A DNA stretch of 63,467 nucleotides, the filler included, from Craspedostauros australis (Eukaryota), in NCBI GenBank assembly GCA_030167865.1. It is 7 parts of 7 records of this genome, joined end to end, with 100 filler letters (N's around TTAATTAATTAA, not from the genome) between each part and the next. Parts side by side here need not be neighbours in the genome. Positions count along the whole stretch, not along the records: positions 28,579 to 49,751 come from JALAGF010004406.1; 6 more parts are not named here. One strand, given 5' to 3'. This document shows, piece after piece, positions 34,002 through 46,943 of the stretch. Under the pieces are notes generated by a model. That model was given only the letters and a program-made list of their open reading frames with translations, did not search any database and had not been told where the DNA came from. Each line of letters starts with the position of its first letter. Position 1 is the stretch's first letter. The translations under genes and the position numbers were made by a program.

Positions 34002-35033
34002 GCTGAGATCTTTTGCAGATTCACAAGCTTCTGAATGCAATGCGAGATCTGAAATGTGGCGCTCTTCCTGTCTTTGCTCTGTGCTCTCCGGTCACTGCTG
34101 TTTGCTCAGTCCTTCGTCAGCAATCGTTCAGTCATGGAGACGTGGATGTTGCGATGTCCGTTGGTGGAAGGAGAACTGTGTCGAATCATGCAACACAAGA
34201 CTTTGTATGTCTCTCTCTCTCTTGCTTTGCATGGGTATAGAGTCGATGTGGTGGGAATGAATCCTTTCCGCATCGGCAGCGCGCACCATTGCTCGTACTC
34301 GTGCCTGTCTGTCCTCTTGTCTTCGCCATTGTCGTGTCCTCCGCAGCCGCACGCTTTGCCGCCGAAGATCTTCTTGTCTCTCCTCCTTTCTCGTGGTTGT
34401 TTCCGTTGGACTTGGTTGTGTAGTCGATCTAGTCAATTGTTGTTGTCGTTAAAAACCGTTATCATCTGACACACCAATTGCGCTCTGTCCCAAACAGTGA
34501 CTCTTTTGTGCGTTGGGAAACTCGCAAGGTTGTGCGGCTTCTTCGGCAGGCGACTTTCCGCGCTGTGGGTGTAGTCGTCGCGTGTTCCTGTGTTGCCTTG
34601 GCTGCCTCCAACACGCCAGGTCGTGAAAAGAGAGACGAACGGAGGCAAGGGATTCCATGACCGCTCTGTCTCTCTCTCTCTCTCTCTGCCTCCTCGGACC
34701 ATCCAAAAGCCCATACCAAACATCATCCTGACTCTGCGGCGTGCGGGTATTCTCCAAATCTCGCTGTCGTCATCAATCCAGCATTGGTTCCGACTTCCAG
34801 TCAACATCAACAAGACATCGGTTACCCTCTACAAGAACAAACAAGCAAGAACAACAAGCAAGAGGGAAAGAGAACAAATAAATCCCAATCACATCTCCGT
34901 TGCCAACCCAAGCCATCGTTGTCTTCCACCCTGCTTCTTCGAACACGCCAACAAGAGAGCAAGAGCATCTCACAAGGCAAGCACAACAGCACATACACGT
35001 ACGACTAGGAATACCGATAGCCACAGCATCAAG

Positions 35034-35669
35034 ATGGGAGTCCGATTTGATGACAGCAGAAATGAAGTGAGGCTGTATGACCTTTGCGAACCAGAAGAGC
35101 GGCGAGGGACGAGGAAGCCCGTCCGCACAAAGCGCAAGAGTGAGTCTCGTTCCTTCATCGTCATGTTCTTTGTTGTCTCTCTCTCTCTCTCTCTCTTGAC
35201 AGAGTGGAGTTGGGCGTCTTTGAGTAGAAGACCTGTTCCTGAATGAACGAATCAATGAATGCCTGTACGTCCAGTTGCTTGTTCCCATCATCTTTCTCAC
35301 CTCATTTCACCTTTCTCACTCCGCTCATTCATTCGCTCATCTCCCTTGATTGCGTCTCTCATCCATTCACCAATCAACCAAACCATGGATCAACCAACGC
35401 GAGCAGAACGCCAACTGCAACAGTACCGACAGTTCATGATGATGCAATCGCGCAGAGAGGCCATGTTCATCGATTTGTTCCGCAAAGTCTGCTTCGTCCT
35501 CTTCATCGAATTCTGCATGGCCTACCTGCTGCTTCCTGGACTAAGATTCGAGATGCAGCGTGTCTTCGTCCATGCCACATCCGCCATTTACAAGGATTAT
35601 CAGCAGCTGGTGCACAATGCGACGCAGACGATCGTGCGATTTCAGCGGCCGACGTCGGCGGAGCTGTAG
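35034..35669 (+). CDS. Small single-TM hypothetical protein with N-terminal VRF motif; exons 35034-35139 and 35407-35669
   Basis: MGVRFDDSRNEVRLYDL... The intron 35140-35406 (A|GTGAGT ... GCAG|AA) is phase-compatible with RQLQQYRQF...VCFVLFIEFCMAYLLLP. Confidence 0.6.
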
Positions 35670-36027
35670 TACGGAGCATCCGATGATGGCACGGTTCATT
35701 GTCACAACGATGGTGAGTGGATGTGGAATCCATCTCACCCAACGAACGATCGAACGAACGAACAGGAGGCCCTGCTGCAGTAGTCCCATAGAATCCTGCC
35801 GGCGTGGCAGCAAATGCCATACCCGCAACTGCGCACATCCAATTCGAACGCACCAAGCATAGAGCAGCAACAACAAATCAAACATTTTAAACCATAGAGT
35901 CAAGCACAATCCAACCCAAACATACTGACTGGCTCACAGAGTATTGCATCAAATGTATCAAACTAGAGAGTCGAGTTGAGTGTATTTCTATGTAGTGCGG
36001 ATATGAATTATCCCAAAGCCCCCACAT

Positions 36028-38922
36028 CTACGCCGGCGGAACCACGCGACGAACTACCGATGCTGATATGCCCATCAACATGGAGGAGTCGTTCTGTCGA
36101 TCCCGTTTGCAAGCAAACAACTTCGTTTCCGTAACACCGGTTGGACCATCGTCACTATCGCTGTCGCTGTCACCACCGCACAACCTGCGATACTCCTCGA
36201 CGGCACGGATCGTCGCGTCGACGTCCAGGTTGCCGACGCCAGCGTTGCGCAGGATGCTGCGCCGGATGGACGAGGAGAGGAACAGATCGCGGCTGTGCGC
36301 GACGCGGTAGTCCTGGCGGTAGCTCTCGTACCTGTCCAGGTCTATGGGCGGGATCTGGATGAAGTTCCAGTCCAGCGCGATGGGCGGGCCGTATGTCACG
36401 GAAGGGTGGTCGCCCAATGTTTGTTGGTACAGTCGGATTTGGACAGAGGAAAAGGAAACGGAGGTTTGGGCAAGGTGGGGCGTGGTGGTGTCAGGGCAAG
36501 TCGCAGGTCCCGGTGCGACTGCAGACTCCGGCTCCGATGCATCCACGGATGCGGATGTTGAGTCAGGTGCTTGAGAAGTCCGGACGTTCTTTGGCGCAAT
36601 CACGGAAGTGTCAAGTGATTTCAGATCGATGGACGCCAATCGTTTGTACGGCGATGGCGGGTTGGCATTCTCCGGTTCTGATGACTGCGATTGTGGCTGT
36701 GACGATGGCACCAAAGTCCGCAGAGGCGTTACGATGGTGGAGATGTGATGGGGTTCATCGTCGGTGTCGTTGATCGGCTTGATGCGATCCGGGGTTGTAA
36801 TGCGTGGATCGTATTGAAGGTAGTCGGAAGGGTGAGTGTTTTCGTCGTAGCCATGATCAATCGGTGCATCCATCACATCTGCATCTACAAGTGCATCATC
36901 GTTGTTGTTGCTGTCATCGCTGTGGTCTTCATCTTGGTAAACCATCGGGTCGTTGATCTCGTGGAGAGCAAGATTGGTTGCCACTCCGTCATACCCGTCC
37001 TCGCTTGTGCTGTCATCGTCACAGGAGCCGTCGCCGTTGCTGCTGCTGATCTCCGGCATGTCTTGATGTTCGGTGATGTTGTCAGTGATGAAGTGAGTCC
37101 AGTCTTCATGATCATACTCATGGCTAGGGTCATCGCCGTCAGACTCGTGCGCAGGCACATCCTGGGCTTCGTCTTGGAGCTCTGGCAGATGATCCGACAT
37201 GTCCATCATCATCTGAAGGAAGGATTCCTCGGACGTGACGGAAACTGTCAAACTTGCTGTCGATGTGGATTGGTTGATGCTGTTGGCATCGAAAAGGCGC
37301 GATACCGACGGGTCCTTTGCGTTGGGTTGGAACTCGGTGGTTTCTGTTGTTTCGGCCGGAAGGGGTGTCGTGGATCCATCACCGATCTCTTCCTCCGGCT
37401 CCGCTTCCTGTTCTCGTTCCTGGTGTTGCTGCCCCATCTCTTCCTCCTGTTGTTGCATCTGAACTTCTTCTACTTCGTCTTCGAGCGCCTCTTCCAATGC
37501 CTCATCTAGTGCTTGTTCTAGTGCCTCTTCCAGTGCCTGCTGGATACCTTCCTCCTCCTCGAGTTCCTCCGGTTCGTGCTGTTGTTGTTCCTGTTGCTCT
37601 GGATGTTGCTGTTCTGGTTCCAAGTTCGACCCCATGTCTTCTTGCAACGCTGTTTGCGACGCCACATCCGTCTTTGACTCGGACGTCCCCACGTCTTTTG
37701 AATCCTTTGTGACGTCTGCCTTCATCTCGACGACGCCGTCAAGTTCCTCGGCCTGCTTCTCTTCACCCGATGTCCCATCCTGCGCTGCAGGATTCGCATC
37801 ATTCGATGCGCGTTCGGAGGCATGAAAGAAGGCCGACAGCGAGACGGTGGGCTGCCTCTGTTTGGAGTGGAACCGCTTCTGCAACCTCGTCTCGGTCTCA
37901 CGTCGCTTCCTCATCTTCTCCCTCAAGGTCTGCAAAGAGGTGCTGACCTCGCTGTTGCTCCCCACGCTCTCGAGCGTCAAGGACGTGTCTTCGAGCGACG
38001 GCTGGTGCCTGCTGTGCTGTTCGTCTTGGAGGTCCTTCTCGAGCGTCTTGACGTGCTGCTGATAGCGTTTGACCTCCTTGTCTCGCATCCAGAGCTCCGT
38101 CTGCAGGTGGCGCAGCTGCTGCTTGTGGTCCTGCAGCTGGTGGCGGTGGTTGCGTTTGAGCGTCGTCATGGTGGACCGGAACTGCGTGATGAGCTCGGCC
38201 ATGGAGTGCGCTGAGATGGTGGTTATGGATGCGGATGGCGACGATGGTGTCTCTTGGGCTGGACAACCATCTGATCCCTCCTTGTGTTCGTCCATGAGAG
38301 AATCGCAGTCACTATCATCAGCATTGACAGCACTGTTGATGACGCTGGCGTTGATCCGGCTGACATGCTCCAGTTCACACTGAAGGGATCGCATCATGTC
38401 GAACTGTTCTCGTTTCATCATGCGGAGTTGCTGCCGCAGCTCCTTCAGATTGCTATCGTTGTTGCTGCTCGTCCTGATCTGAAGCCGAGTGTGAGGTAGT
38501 GTGTGAGCTGCGTCCGCGCCAGCATTGTCGCTGGTCTTTGGTGGTTCGTGCGCATCAGCCGCATCAAGTCCGACGTAATCGTGGATGTCCTTGGATGTCT
38601 CTGGATACTCGCAAGTGTCCGTATGGTCGCTGATGTCCGTGTCCATGGTGGCTTTGGTTGCATGGGAAGAAGCAGACGATGATGAACTCATTCCTTCCTG
38701 TTGCTGTGGTTGTTGCGTTTGGATCTGCTGTTCCGTCTCCGTCTTTATCCCCATGCTGGATCGGACAGGTGATGGTGACGACAGCTTGAGCTCCATCTCG
38801 TGAGTGGATGACAACGTTGTGGAAAACGAGAGATTCATGGCATCACTGATCTGTCTCCTGCTCTCTTCGACCTGATCACAGCCTTCGCAATCATCGGCAG
38901 TTGCTGCCTGTGTCCTCATCAT
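36028..38922 (-). CDS. Large acidic/coiled-coil protein with C-terminal VSF..V.IR.Y...LGDHP...GPP..LDW domain
   Basis: About 965-aa uninterrupted ORF with heptad-rich and Glu/Asp-rich regions. The C-terminal motif [32 protein letters not shown]...YESYR...RRSIL belongs to a family common in diatoms. Confidence 0.8.
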   Translation of the reverse strand: MMRTQAATADDCEGCDQVEESRRQISDAMNLSFSTTLSSTHEMELKLSSPSPVRSSMGIKTETEQQIQTQQPQQQEGMSSSSSASSHATKATMDTDISDHTDTCEYPETSKDIHDYVGLDAADAHEPPKTSDNAGADAAHTLPHTRLQIRTSSNNDSNLKELRQQLRMMKREQFDMMRSLQCELEHVSRINASVINSAVNADDSDCDSLMDEHKEGSDGCPAQETPSSPSASITTISAHSMAELITQFRSTMTTLKRNHRHQLQDHKQQLRHLQTELWMRDKEVKRYQQHVKTLEKDLQDEQHSRHQPSLEDTSLTLESVGSNSEVSTSLQTLREKMRKRRETETRLQKRFHSKQRQPTVSLSAFFHASERASNDANPAAQDGTSGEEKQAEELDGVVEMKADVTKDSKDVGTSESKTDVASQTALQEDMGSNLEPEQQHPEQQEQQQHEPEELEEEEGIQQALEEALEQALDEALEEALEDEVEEVQMQQQEEEMGQQHQEREQEAEPEEEIGDGSTTPLPAETTETTEFQPNAKDPSVSRLFDANSINQSTSTASLTVSVTSEESFLQMMMDMSDHLPELQDEAQDVPAHESDGDDPSHEYDHEDWTHFITDNITEHQDMPEISSSNGDGSCDDDSTSEDGYDGVATNLALHEINDPMVYQDEDHSDDSNNNDDALVDADVMDAPIDHGYDENTHPSDYLQYDPRITTPDRIKPINDTDDEPHHISTIVTPLRTLVPSSQPQSQSSEPENANPPSPYKRLASIDLKSLDTSVIAPKNVRTSQAPDSTSASVDASEPESAVAPGPATCPDTTTPHLAQTSVSFSSVQIRLYQQTLGDHPSVTYGPPIALDWNFIQIPPIDLDRYESYRQDYRVAHSRDLFLSSSIRRSILRNAGVGNLDVDATIRAVEEYRRLCGGDSDSDSDDGPTGVTETKLFACKRDRQNDSSMLMGISASVVRRVVPPA

Positions 38923-39171
38923 CTCGGCTCGTTCCAATCCTGTTTTGTTGGGAGCTGATGGTTGCTGATCGCCCCAACGATACCTTTGTGACCCTCTGCT
39001 TGCGGATGGCAGAACTCACTATCCGAACGCAGTGATGACTCGACGAAGGTCTCGGTTCCGCCCACAACTGTGATGTGTGGTGGTGTTCTATGATATGATG
39101 TGATGTGCTGTCAGATTCTTTTGTCGACTGGTCAATTGACACTCGGATGTGGCAGATTCGTTGTGTGGATG

Positions 39172-39210
39172 TTGAGTGGATGCTGACTTGAGTGGATGCT
39201 GACTTGAGTG
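39172..39210. repeat. 16-bp tandem repeat (TTGAGTGGATGCTGAC), about 2.5 copies
   Basis: ttgagtggatgctgac ttgagtggatgctgac ttgagtg read directly. Confidence 0.8.
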
Positions 39211-40710
39211 ATGACCAGAGAGTCAAGGTCAAAGTCAAGCCAGAAGTTGAACGTGGAAGGCTGGACTACTTGGCACTGTGGGTGTTGAACGAGGAGTGAT
39301 GGGATGAGCTCTGCCGTCCTCGGCTGCTGTTCCGTCAAGAAGAGAACACCGTCGTCAGTGGATGGCAGGTTCCGTTTCTCCCTTCTTGGTTGCTGTTCTC
39401 TGTGTGTGATTGGCTGTGCCTTTTGGTGTGCTCTCTCCCTCTCTCTGCTATGCTTTGCGGGAGGAAGCGGCTCTTCTTTCGTCTCCTCCTCTTTGTGTGG
39501 AGGCTCTGTTGTCGCTTGTCGACTCCTGCCGTCTCCTGTGTTGTCTGTTGTGCGGCCTTTGGCTTGCCTCGCTCACTGTGTTGTGCGTCTTACTGTGCGA
39601 TTACTCTCTGGTTGGCTCAGCTCGGCCCAATTCGCAAGCACACCGCCTCTGTTTCTCACGCCAGCACTTTGGCGCGATGCTGTAAGACGCGCGCACTTCA
39701 CTCCCTCAGTTTTGTTTTTGTCTCTGTGCTGGTCGTTGATGGCGCGGTTCTCTGTCGCCACTTCGTCAGAACGGGGGAGTTGGTCGTGAGGAAACCGTCC
39801 AGTGATGGTTCCTTCGCCACCTCGATGACCTTTGTGCTTCACGAGCCTCCGTGAAGTGAATAAAGACGTCGCAATACACGTTTCGCACGTATCACAAAAT
39901 TTGGGTTGACATAATTGGGACATGCCTCACGACACAGTCGTAAATACACGCATGTGCGGGCTACGCACGCACTACATGCAATCCCGTCCCCACAATTTGA
40001 AAAACTGAGGCGATAGAGGGGTTCGAGTGGCCCCAGAACTTGGGTACTGGGACACGCCGGGCTGTCCGAATTCCAGGGGGAGCCCCGCTATTGAAACTTG
40101 TCTGGACGCAATGGAGACAGCCACTTTCGTGGGGATTTAGGTCTTTGCAATGCCCATGTGACGTCACGACTCGCCTTCTTCCTTCCCTTTTTCCCGCACT
40201 GTTTCGTCAAACTGTTTGTTTCCTCATGGTACCAACATGGTTGTTCGCATTTTTGCCCAATCTGAACCAAAATGATTGATTCGATTGTCCAGATCTCTCT
40301 CTTTTTGCATCTCTTGTACGCGAATCATCGCATGATTCTTGTCTCTTCTTGTTTCTTTCTGTCAAAACAATGCACACTGTTAAAAATAAGGACGATAATG
40401 CCAAAACTTGAGTACTTTGATCTGTGGTCTATTCGCGTTGTTGGCAANGAGGAGGAGCGTTGGTTTCTTGTGTGGCAATCCATGCTCAACTCTCAACACA
40501 ACTCATTCAGAAACTCGTTGACAACACTGCCAATTGACACTATCTCCTCCCTCCCTTCCTTCCAAGTCAACTTCATCTGCAGAGCAAGTATGTAGCTCAT
40601 GTGGAAGTGGGATCGAGAGTGGAAGAAGCATATCACGCCAAGAACCCAAGCCATGCCAACAAACAATCCCCAACAACAAATAGACTCCAACACAACAGTC
40701 TCCCACCCTC

Positions 40711-40728
40711 TCATACTCAGCCATGCCA
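40711..40728. repeat. Target-site duplication, left copy (TCATACTCAGCCATGCCA)
   Basis: Exact 18-bp match to 49318-49335. Immediately abuts the ATAATAATAA tail. Confidence 0.93.
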
Positions 40729-40831
40729 ATAATAATAACTCAGAGATTACGTTACGTGCCACTACGGGCTTTACCCTCGCCTAGGCGGGCCCCGCTAGGA
40801 CCCGCTGTCGAGCGAGCTGTCGAAATCGCGG

Positions 40832-43800
40832 TTAAGGCCGGGTAAGCCACGCGGCCATGAGCGAGCGTTCCTGTTGCATGGACTGCTGTCGCTGCCTGGC
40901 CCGTGCGTCCCGCCTGACCTTTTTCGCCAGTTCGATCCACTGTTTGACCTGCTGTTGAGAGCCAGTGTCTGCCACCACTCCTCGCTGAAGTATCCGCGCT
41001 TCGCGCAGTGTGAGGTCGGGGGGTTGAAAGGAGCGGAGTCGCCTCGCGAATTCCCGCGTGCGCGCTGCCTCGGAGCCTGGCTCTTCATGCTTTTTGTAGT
41101 TCCTCGCGGTCCAGACTGACCAGGGAATCTTCCAGATGCGGCGTATCACGTCCGCTGCCCAAGCCTCCGCCGTGCGGTGCTTCGACAAGTTGTCTTTCAT
41201 CCAGGCTTCCTGCTGCATCTTCCAGTCGACATGTAAGAACCCCTGCAGCAGCGGGAGCCACCCCACTGCTCGCTGCGGTCCTGCCGGCTTAATCTTCCTC
41301 CTCCACCTGCTCATGCCTTGGCGCATGCCTCCCACCACACGGGGGCACGTGCCGACTGCGACCATGTAGTCCAGCAACTCCGTTACTGACTCTTCCCACG
41401 CTTCTTCATACTCACCACAAGTAAGAAGATGCGTCACTGTTTCCTCTTGTCGGCAGCTCGGGCACTCGGAGCTCTCCTGCTGCCCTGCCTGCTTCATCTT
41501 GCGCCCTACCGCCATGAACCCGGTCGAGAGCTTGGTCACAAACTTGACGCTGTCACGGGCCGCAGAGGACTTGCGCGCCTTGGAGTACGACGCCCAGTCC
41601 ACCTGGGAAAGGACTTCGCTACTCCACCCGTGCTTGGCCTGCCAATATTCGTTGATATCCTGCTGCTGCGCCACTGACTCCATTTCGACGGAGTCGAGGT
41701 GGGAGTAAGGTTGGCCGGACCAGCCGACCCGCCACACATCGGCGGACATAGTCCACTTGTCGATAGCCGGGAGTCGGGAGGCCGTGTTCCAATGTCGCTT
41801 CGCTGCTGCGTCAGCACGGATGTTGAGCCTCGCCCAGATGTCAAGCGACGACGTGGAGTCGTCCTGGTGGCCTTTCACCCACTTCCACTTCAGAGAGCAC
41901 TGAATGATGCTCTTAACATGCTCGATCTCCGCGAGCAGGTCCCAGTCCCTCTGCGTAGGCTGGGGACTACCGTCCCTAGCTTGGATGAGTGCCTGCTTCC
42001 CGTCGAGAGCCAGAGTGACCGATGGAATGGTCACCTCGTGCTCAAGCCAGAAGATATGGATGAGAGAGGCCAAAATGCCCATGAGCTTGCTGCGGTAGGA
42101 GCTCTGCATCTTTGGGACTCCGGGCACTGTAGCCAAGACCATCACCGATTTCTCGGATTGGGTGTCGTAGATAATCGAGGCGGATGTGCCACACCCAGCT
42201 TTGAAAGATCCATCGCTCACCGCTATCAGAGTGCCGTTGACGGACGCCCGGTGGGCATCATGGCAAGTAAGATCGCCCTGTGTGCTCTGAATATACGGAA
42301 ACCGCTCGGGCTCGTGGAAAGGGATATCATCGTAGGGCAGTTGGTCGCCTGTGCTACCTTCCCACGTCACGTGAGCGTCCCGCCGGGTGACTGAGACACG
42401 CACAACGTCGTCGGGCACCGGGATTGAGACCGCCACCGGATGATACCGGACTCGCCGAGTCTTCCGTTGGCCTCGCATCCGGCGATAGGCGATGGTTGAA
42501 GACGTGCGGATCTCGAAGATTGTGTTGGTGGGTTGGTGCTGCCACCATCTCAACTGATGTTCGTCGATGTGCCACGGCCCCAAGGGTTGCGCAAGAGCCC
42601 TGCCTGCCCGAACCAGTCGGTTGCAGAACTGTCGCCACTCGGCCCACCAACTGGCCGGCAACCGCGATGGGAGCTGGGTCCAAGATGCACGCAGTGTGGA
42701 CGACTCGAGGCCGTGCCACGCTTCGGGAGTGATTTCGGAACCGCACGCCGAAGCGATGTCGGAGACAAACACTGCCCCCAACATCTGGCGGCACATGTTG
42801 ATGCGCCGGAAGCGCTGCCCATGATAACCGAGGCTCAAAGCAATTTCGGTGAGGGTTCGATCGCCCTCGCGCTGGGGCACGAATGCCGGAGTGCGCTCCT
42901 GGACGTGAAACCCTGCTTCCTGCAGATGCCCCCAAAGGTTGGAGATCCAGCATGGAGTGACGGCGTCCTGAAGAAGATGGTGGGGTTGGTCGAACAGAGA
43001 GCCCGAAACCCCTACTTCGTCCTTGACCGCCGCAATCGAAAGTTCGATCATCCTTCCTGTCGGGGAGGAGGCATGCACTTCCTGAAACATGGCCTGTATC
43101 TGTCGCACCACTTGACGCCGCCATGGGTGCGGGATACCAAGACCTCCGCCTGAAACCGGAGCGTACAGCACCGTCCTAGGGAAGGTGCGCATCAGCCCCA
43201 TTTTTGGCAGCGCCGCTTGCAGGGCCGGGGCCATGATGTGCCGCCACTGCTCCTGAGTGAGCTGCGTGGCAGCCATTACGTACTCCACGGACTTCATGAA
43301 ACGCAAGACCAAGGCTGTTCTGGCCTCGCTCGGAGTGATGTTCGCCACTCGAATCCTTTCGGCAAACGCCTCGGACTTCTGGCGTAGGGTCGTCACCTGG
43401 ACCGTGTTGTCCCCGTTGAGCGATATGGCCACGCCCAGTGTTTCGACCGGGTCGGTGTGACACTTGCGCGGAATGATCGACGCGCTGCCGCCTTTGTTGG
43501 AGATGTGGATCTGGCGCGTAGTGTGCGAATCTGCTGCCCACCATTGCCCCGCCTCGAAGGAGAATTGGATCGCCCACCATGCCGACTTGCTGGGCACGAT
43601 GGCCCCGCCAGTAGCCGCCAACAGGCCGTTCCAATCTTCGATCATGTTCTGAAAGCCTCCGAATCCGCCTGAAGCCGTTTCGCCCGCCGAGATACGGATG
43701 AGGTCGGTATCGTCGACGAAAGCCGACCCCAGGATTTTCACTGAGGACCGGCTCAAGGGGCCGCGGAGGGTGGACTCGTGTCCTCGTGCCTGCATGGCCC

Positions 43801-46265
43801 GGAACATCACGGAGCTGATCACTGCCCAGATTGCAGGACCAGCCCCGTTTCCTTGCCCGATGCCGTGCATGATGCATTCGTGGTCTTTCTTGTAGCTGGC
43901 AACCGACACTCTGTGCGCCGTGCTGACATAGTGCTCTGCCTTCTGCAGGGTGCCAAACATGCTGCGCACCGCACTCGGGTTGGCGCCTGCCGCCATCATC
44001 GCCGCTGCCGCAAAGTTTGGCACGATCCTGTCGTAGCAGGACTTGGCGTCGTTCGAACAGAAGAAAACTGGAGCTTTTTTCTGGTACGCGATGTCGAGCG
44101 AAAGTCGTTTGTTGAGAGCCGCAACTATCGCCGACATCCCCTTTCGGCTGCCGAATTGATACTCCGACAACCATCCAGCGGATTCCGCTGTGGCCATCAT
44201 GTCGCGGCCTAGGCGTTTGTTGTTGAGGTTGAATTGGGCGTCCATGAGTTGGATCGTCCGCATCTTTTCAATGTTGTACACCTGCGCCTTTTTCAAAATC
44301 TGTACGTCCGTGATCCTTCGCCACTCCTTCGGGGATACTGCGCACTGGTAGGGAATCTCCCGCAGCTGCATGTCCACGGCAGCGAGTGAGGCGTTTTGGG
44401 AGGCTGCCTTGTAATGGCCGAAGTGTGGGTTGGCTGGCTCGGAACTGACTCTTTCTGTTTGCTTCTTCCATGCCTCCACGTGATCGTCCACCGAAAGCAG
44501 ATCCGGGGGGGGAGGAGATGGGGTGCAGCGCATTCAGGAGCGCTGTCAGCATCTCGTCGGTGCCTTCTGGAGGGGGAGGGTCGCTGTGTAGCACTTGGTG
44601 CGATGTCTCTGCGGACCAGATCTTGTTCAGGTAGCCTCGTCCTGGCCGTGTCAGACACGGCATGGCCTTGGCCTGGGAGAATCTCTGTCGATTTTCTCTG
44701 ATACAGGCTTCCGCGATTTGCCCTGGTTTGGTACACTCATGCGTGGTGCCGCTCGAGTCCGTGTAGAGGACCTTCGTCGTGAGGGAGTTTTCAGCACCGA
44801 GCACCCTTCGTAGCCTCCTGGCTTCCGCTCGTTGCGCTTCCCTGTTTTGGAGCTGTCGCAGCGCGCTGTCCGCTTCCAGCTGCCCCTGTTGTTGTTTGGC
44901 CTGGGCGAGTTCGACGAGGTACGCTTGTCGAAGCTCCCTGTGACTTGCCTTCAGCTCGTAGTACTTTTTGTACGCTTGCGATCTTTGCGAGTACGCCTCG
45001 TCCAGAGACTCGGTCGGTGAGAGGCCTGTCTGCTGTCGAAGCCGCTTGCGCAAGGAGGAACTGACCCGGACCTTGTTCAGTGCCTTGACCTCCATGCTCC
45101 AAAAACGGATATTAAGGCGGGCGTGCTGCACCGCTGGGGACCATTCTATGGCGCCCATCCGGAGGTGTCGGCATTCCTTCTCCGCCTTTCGTTTGATCTC
45201 GTTGGTTTGGGATGTCAGGCGGTCCAGTTTGGACAGTTGGGAGTCGTTCAATTCCCACCCTTGGTTCTTCGCCGCGTCGGCGAGCGCTTGCGCCCGCCGC
45301 ATGATTCCATGTCTGGAATATTCGGCCAGGAGTGCGTCGTTGTACCGTTGCACCACTTTAGGGTGCTGAACTTGGAGCCTCCTGGGCTGCCGCGAAGGGA
45401 TGGGCTGCGTTCCGTGTCCAAGGATCTCGTGGAAGTCCAGGTCCAGCCAGATCGCTCTGTGGTCGGATGGGATGGCCTCCCCAAAATTGTAGTACCTGCC
45501 GTCCACGATGTGTACTCCAGAAGAGACAAACATCGCGTCGATAGGGGTACCCTTTTGGTTGCGCTGCTGGGTGGCAGTGCGGGCTTCCTCTCCCATGTAT
45601 GACCAGAGGGCGTTAGGCAAACCGAGGTCTGACATGGCTTGTGCGGTGGGACCGTCGATCGTGTCGTCGTTGACGTCCACTCCGATCACCAGTACCTCTC
45701 CTGCCTCTTTCCATCGCTGAATGTCTTTTTCCAGGTCGACTTGCCAGGCGTGGATGGGGTCGATCGCTCTCCTCATTGACTGGAGAGCTCGAACCTGCTG
45801 CGACCACACTGTCTGGTCGCCCTGGTCTGATTTGCAGGGCCTGTAAGCGGCCACGACGCGTAGTCGTTTCCCTTGCTTCCCTTCGAACGCGAGTGAAGAC
45901 CATCTGCCCATGCCTGACGAGTCGGACTCCCGCCCGTAGACGCGGTGGGACAGCTCTTTGAAGGCTGCCACCGCGGAGCCGCCGTATTGACGTGGCTCTC
46001 GGTGCTGCTCGTGGATGTTGTGGGCGAAGATGGATTTTTCTTTCCTCAGGGGGCCTGGTAGGCGCTCTTTCCATTGGTCGGTGGCGTAAACGTTGTCCCA
46101 GCGAATGTTAGTTTCTGCCATTGCTATGACGTCGACTTCCTCCTGGTGCACGAAGTCGAAGATGGCTGTGTTCTTCTCCTGGTACTTTTTGAGGGGGATT
46201 TGGGCCACGTTTTGAAAGGCGATCCGGACAGTGTCCTTACGTTTGGGCTTCTGCGGGTATTGCAT
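40832..46265 (-). CDS. LINE ORF2 polyprotein (APE endonuclease, reverse transcriptase, RNase H, zinc knuckle), split by a frameshift at 44505-44512
   Basis: APE: VRIAFQNV, IAMAETN, IGVDVN, IDAMF, SDHRAI. RT: QFGSRKG, NDAKSCYDRI, GIGQGNGAGPAIW, AFVDDTDL, TLGV. RNase H: AVSDGSF, LDGKQAL, WVKGHQD, LNIRADAAAK. Knuckle: CPSCRQEETVTHLLTC. Confidence 0.93.
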
Positions 46266-46943
46266 CTTGCCGTACCGGGACGAGGATAGGACCGCTGTGG
46301 CTGTGGGGTGTGGTGAATGTGTGTGGGTGCCTCGTCTGCGGGTGCGCCGCCGCTGCTGTCGGTTTGTGAGCGTCGACGGATTGGTGGTGTTTGTTTGTGT
46401 GGTGGTCGCTGTGGTAGGTGCGTGTGATGGTGATGTCGGGTTGGCTTCCCGTTGGGTGAGGAGTAGATGGATGTTGCGGGGTTGTTGTCTGCTTCTTACT
46501 TGGATGTGACTTGTCTGTGACGCTGTCGGGCGTCGCTTTGGGCTTGTTGCGTGATACGCTGGATCGGGATGTGGTCCCTGTCGCTGCTATGTTCGCGATG
46601 GTGCGGCTGGTTGGGTAGCCTGGTCGTCGTGTTGGGTTGATTGATTGGTGTGTTCGTTCTCGTAGTCGTTGTTTTTGGTGTCTTGTGATGTCGTCGTTGT
46701 GAGTTAGTGCTTATTGTTGGTATATGTTCCGTTGTTGTTGCTTTCGTTATTGTGTGTACTGGTGTCGTGCTCGACGTTGTCGTGGGAGTGGGCTGCTTGG
46801 TCGTTGTTTTGGTCGCTTTAATGCGGCTCTCTCGTGGATATTCCTGGCGATGCCGTCGCTGTATCGTTCTTCGTGTGCTGTTTCTCTTTTTTTTTTTTGA
46901 GAGAGAGGGTTCCGAGGCCTCTGGGTGGAAGTGAGCTGGGCTC

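Noticed and set aside
40017..40034. GGGGTTCGAGTGGCCCC resembling a tRNA T-arm or B box
   Set aside because: Loop length is wrong and no acceptor stem, D arm or anticodon arm can be built.
40696..40702. CAGTCTC in the left flank is an inverted match to the LINE 5' end (49311-49317), suggesting TIRs
   Set aside because: Only 7 bp, lies outside the TSD-defined element, and the element is clearly non-LTR. Likely chance.
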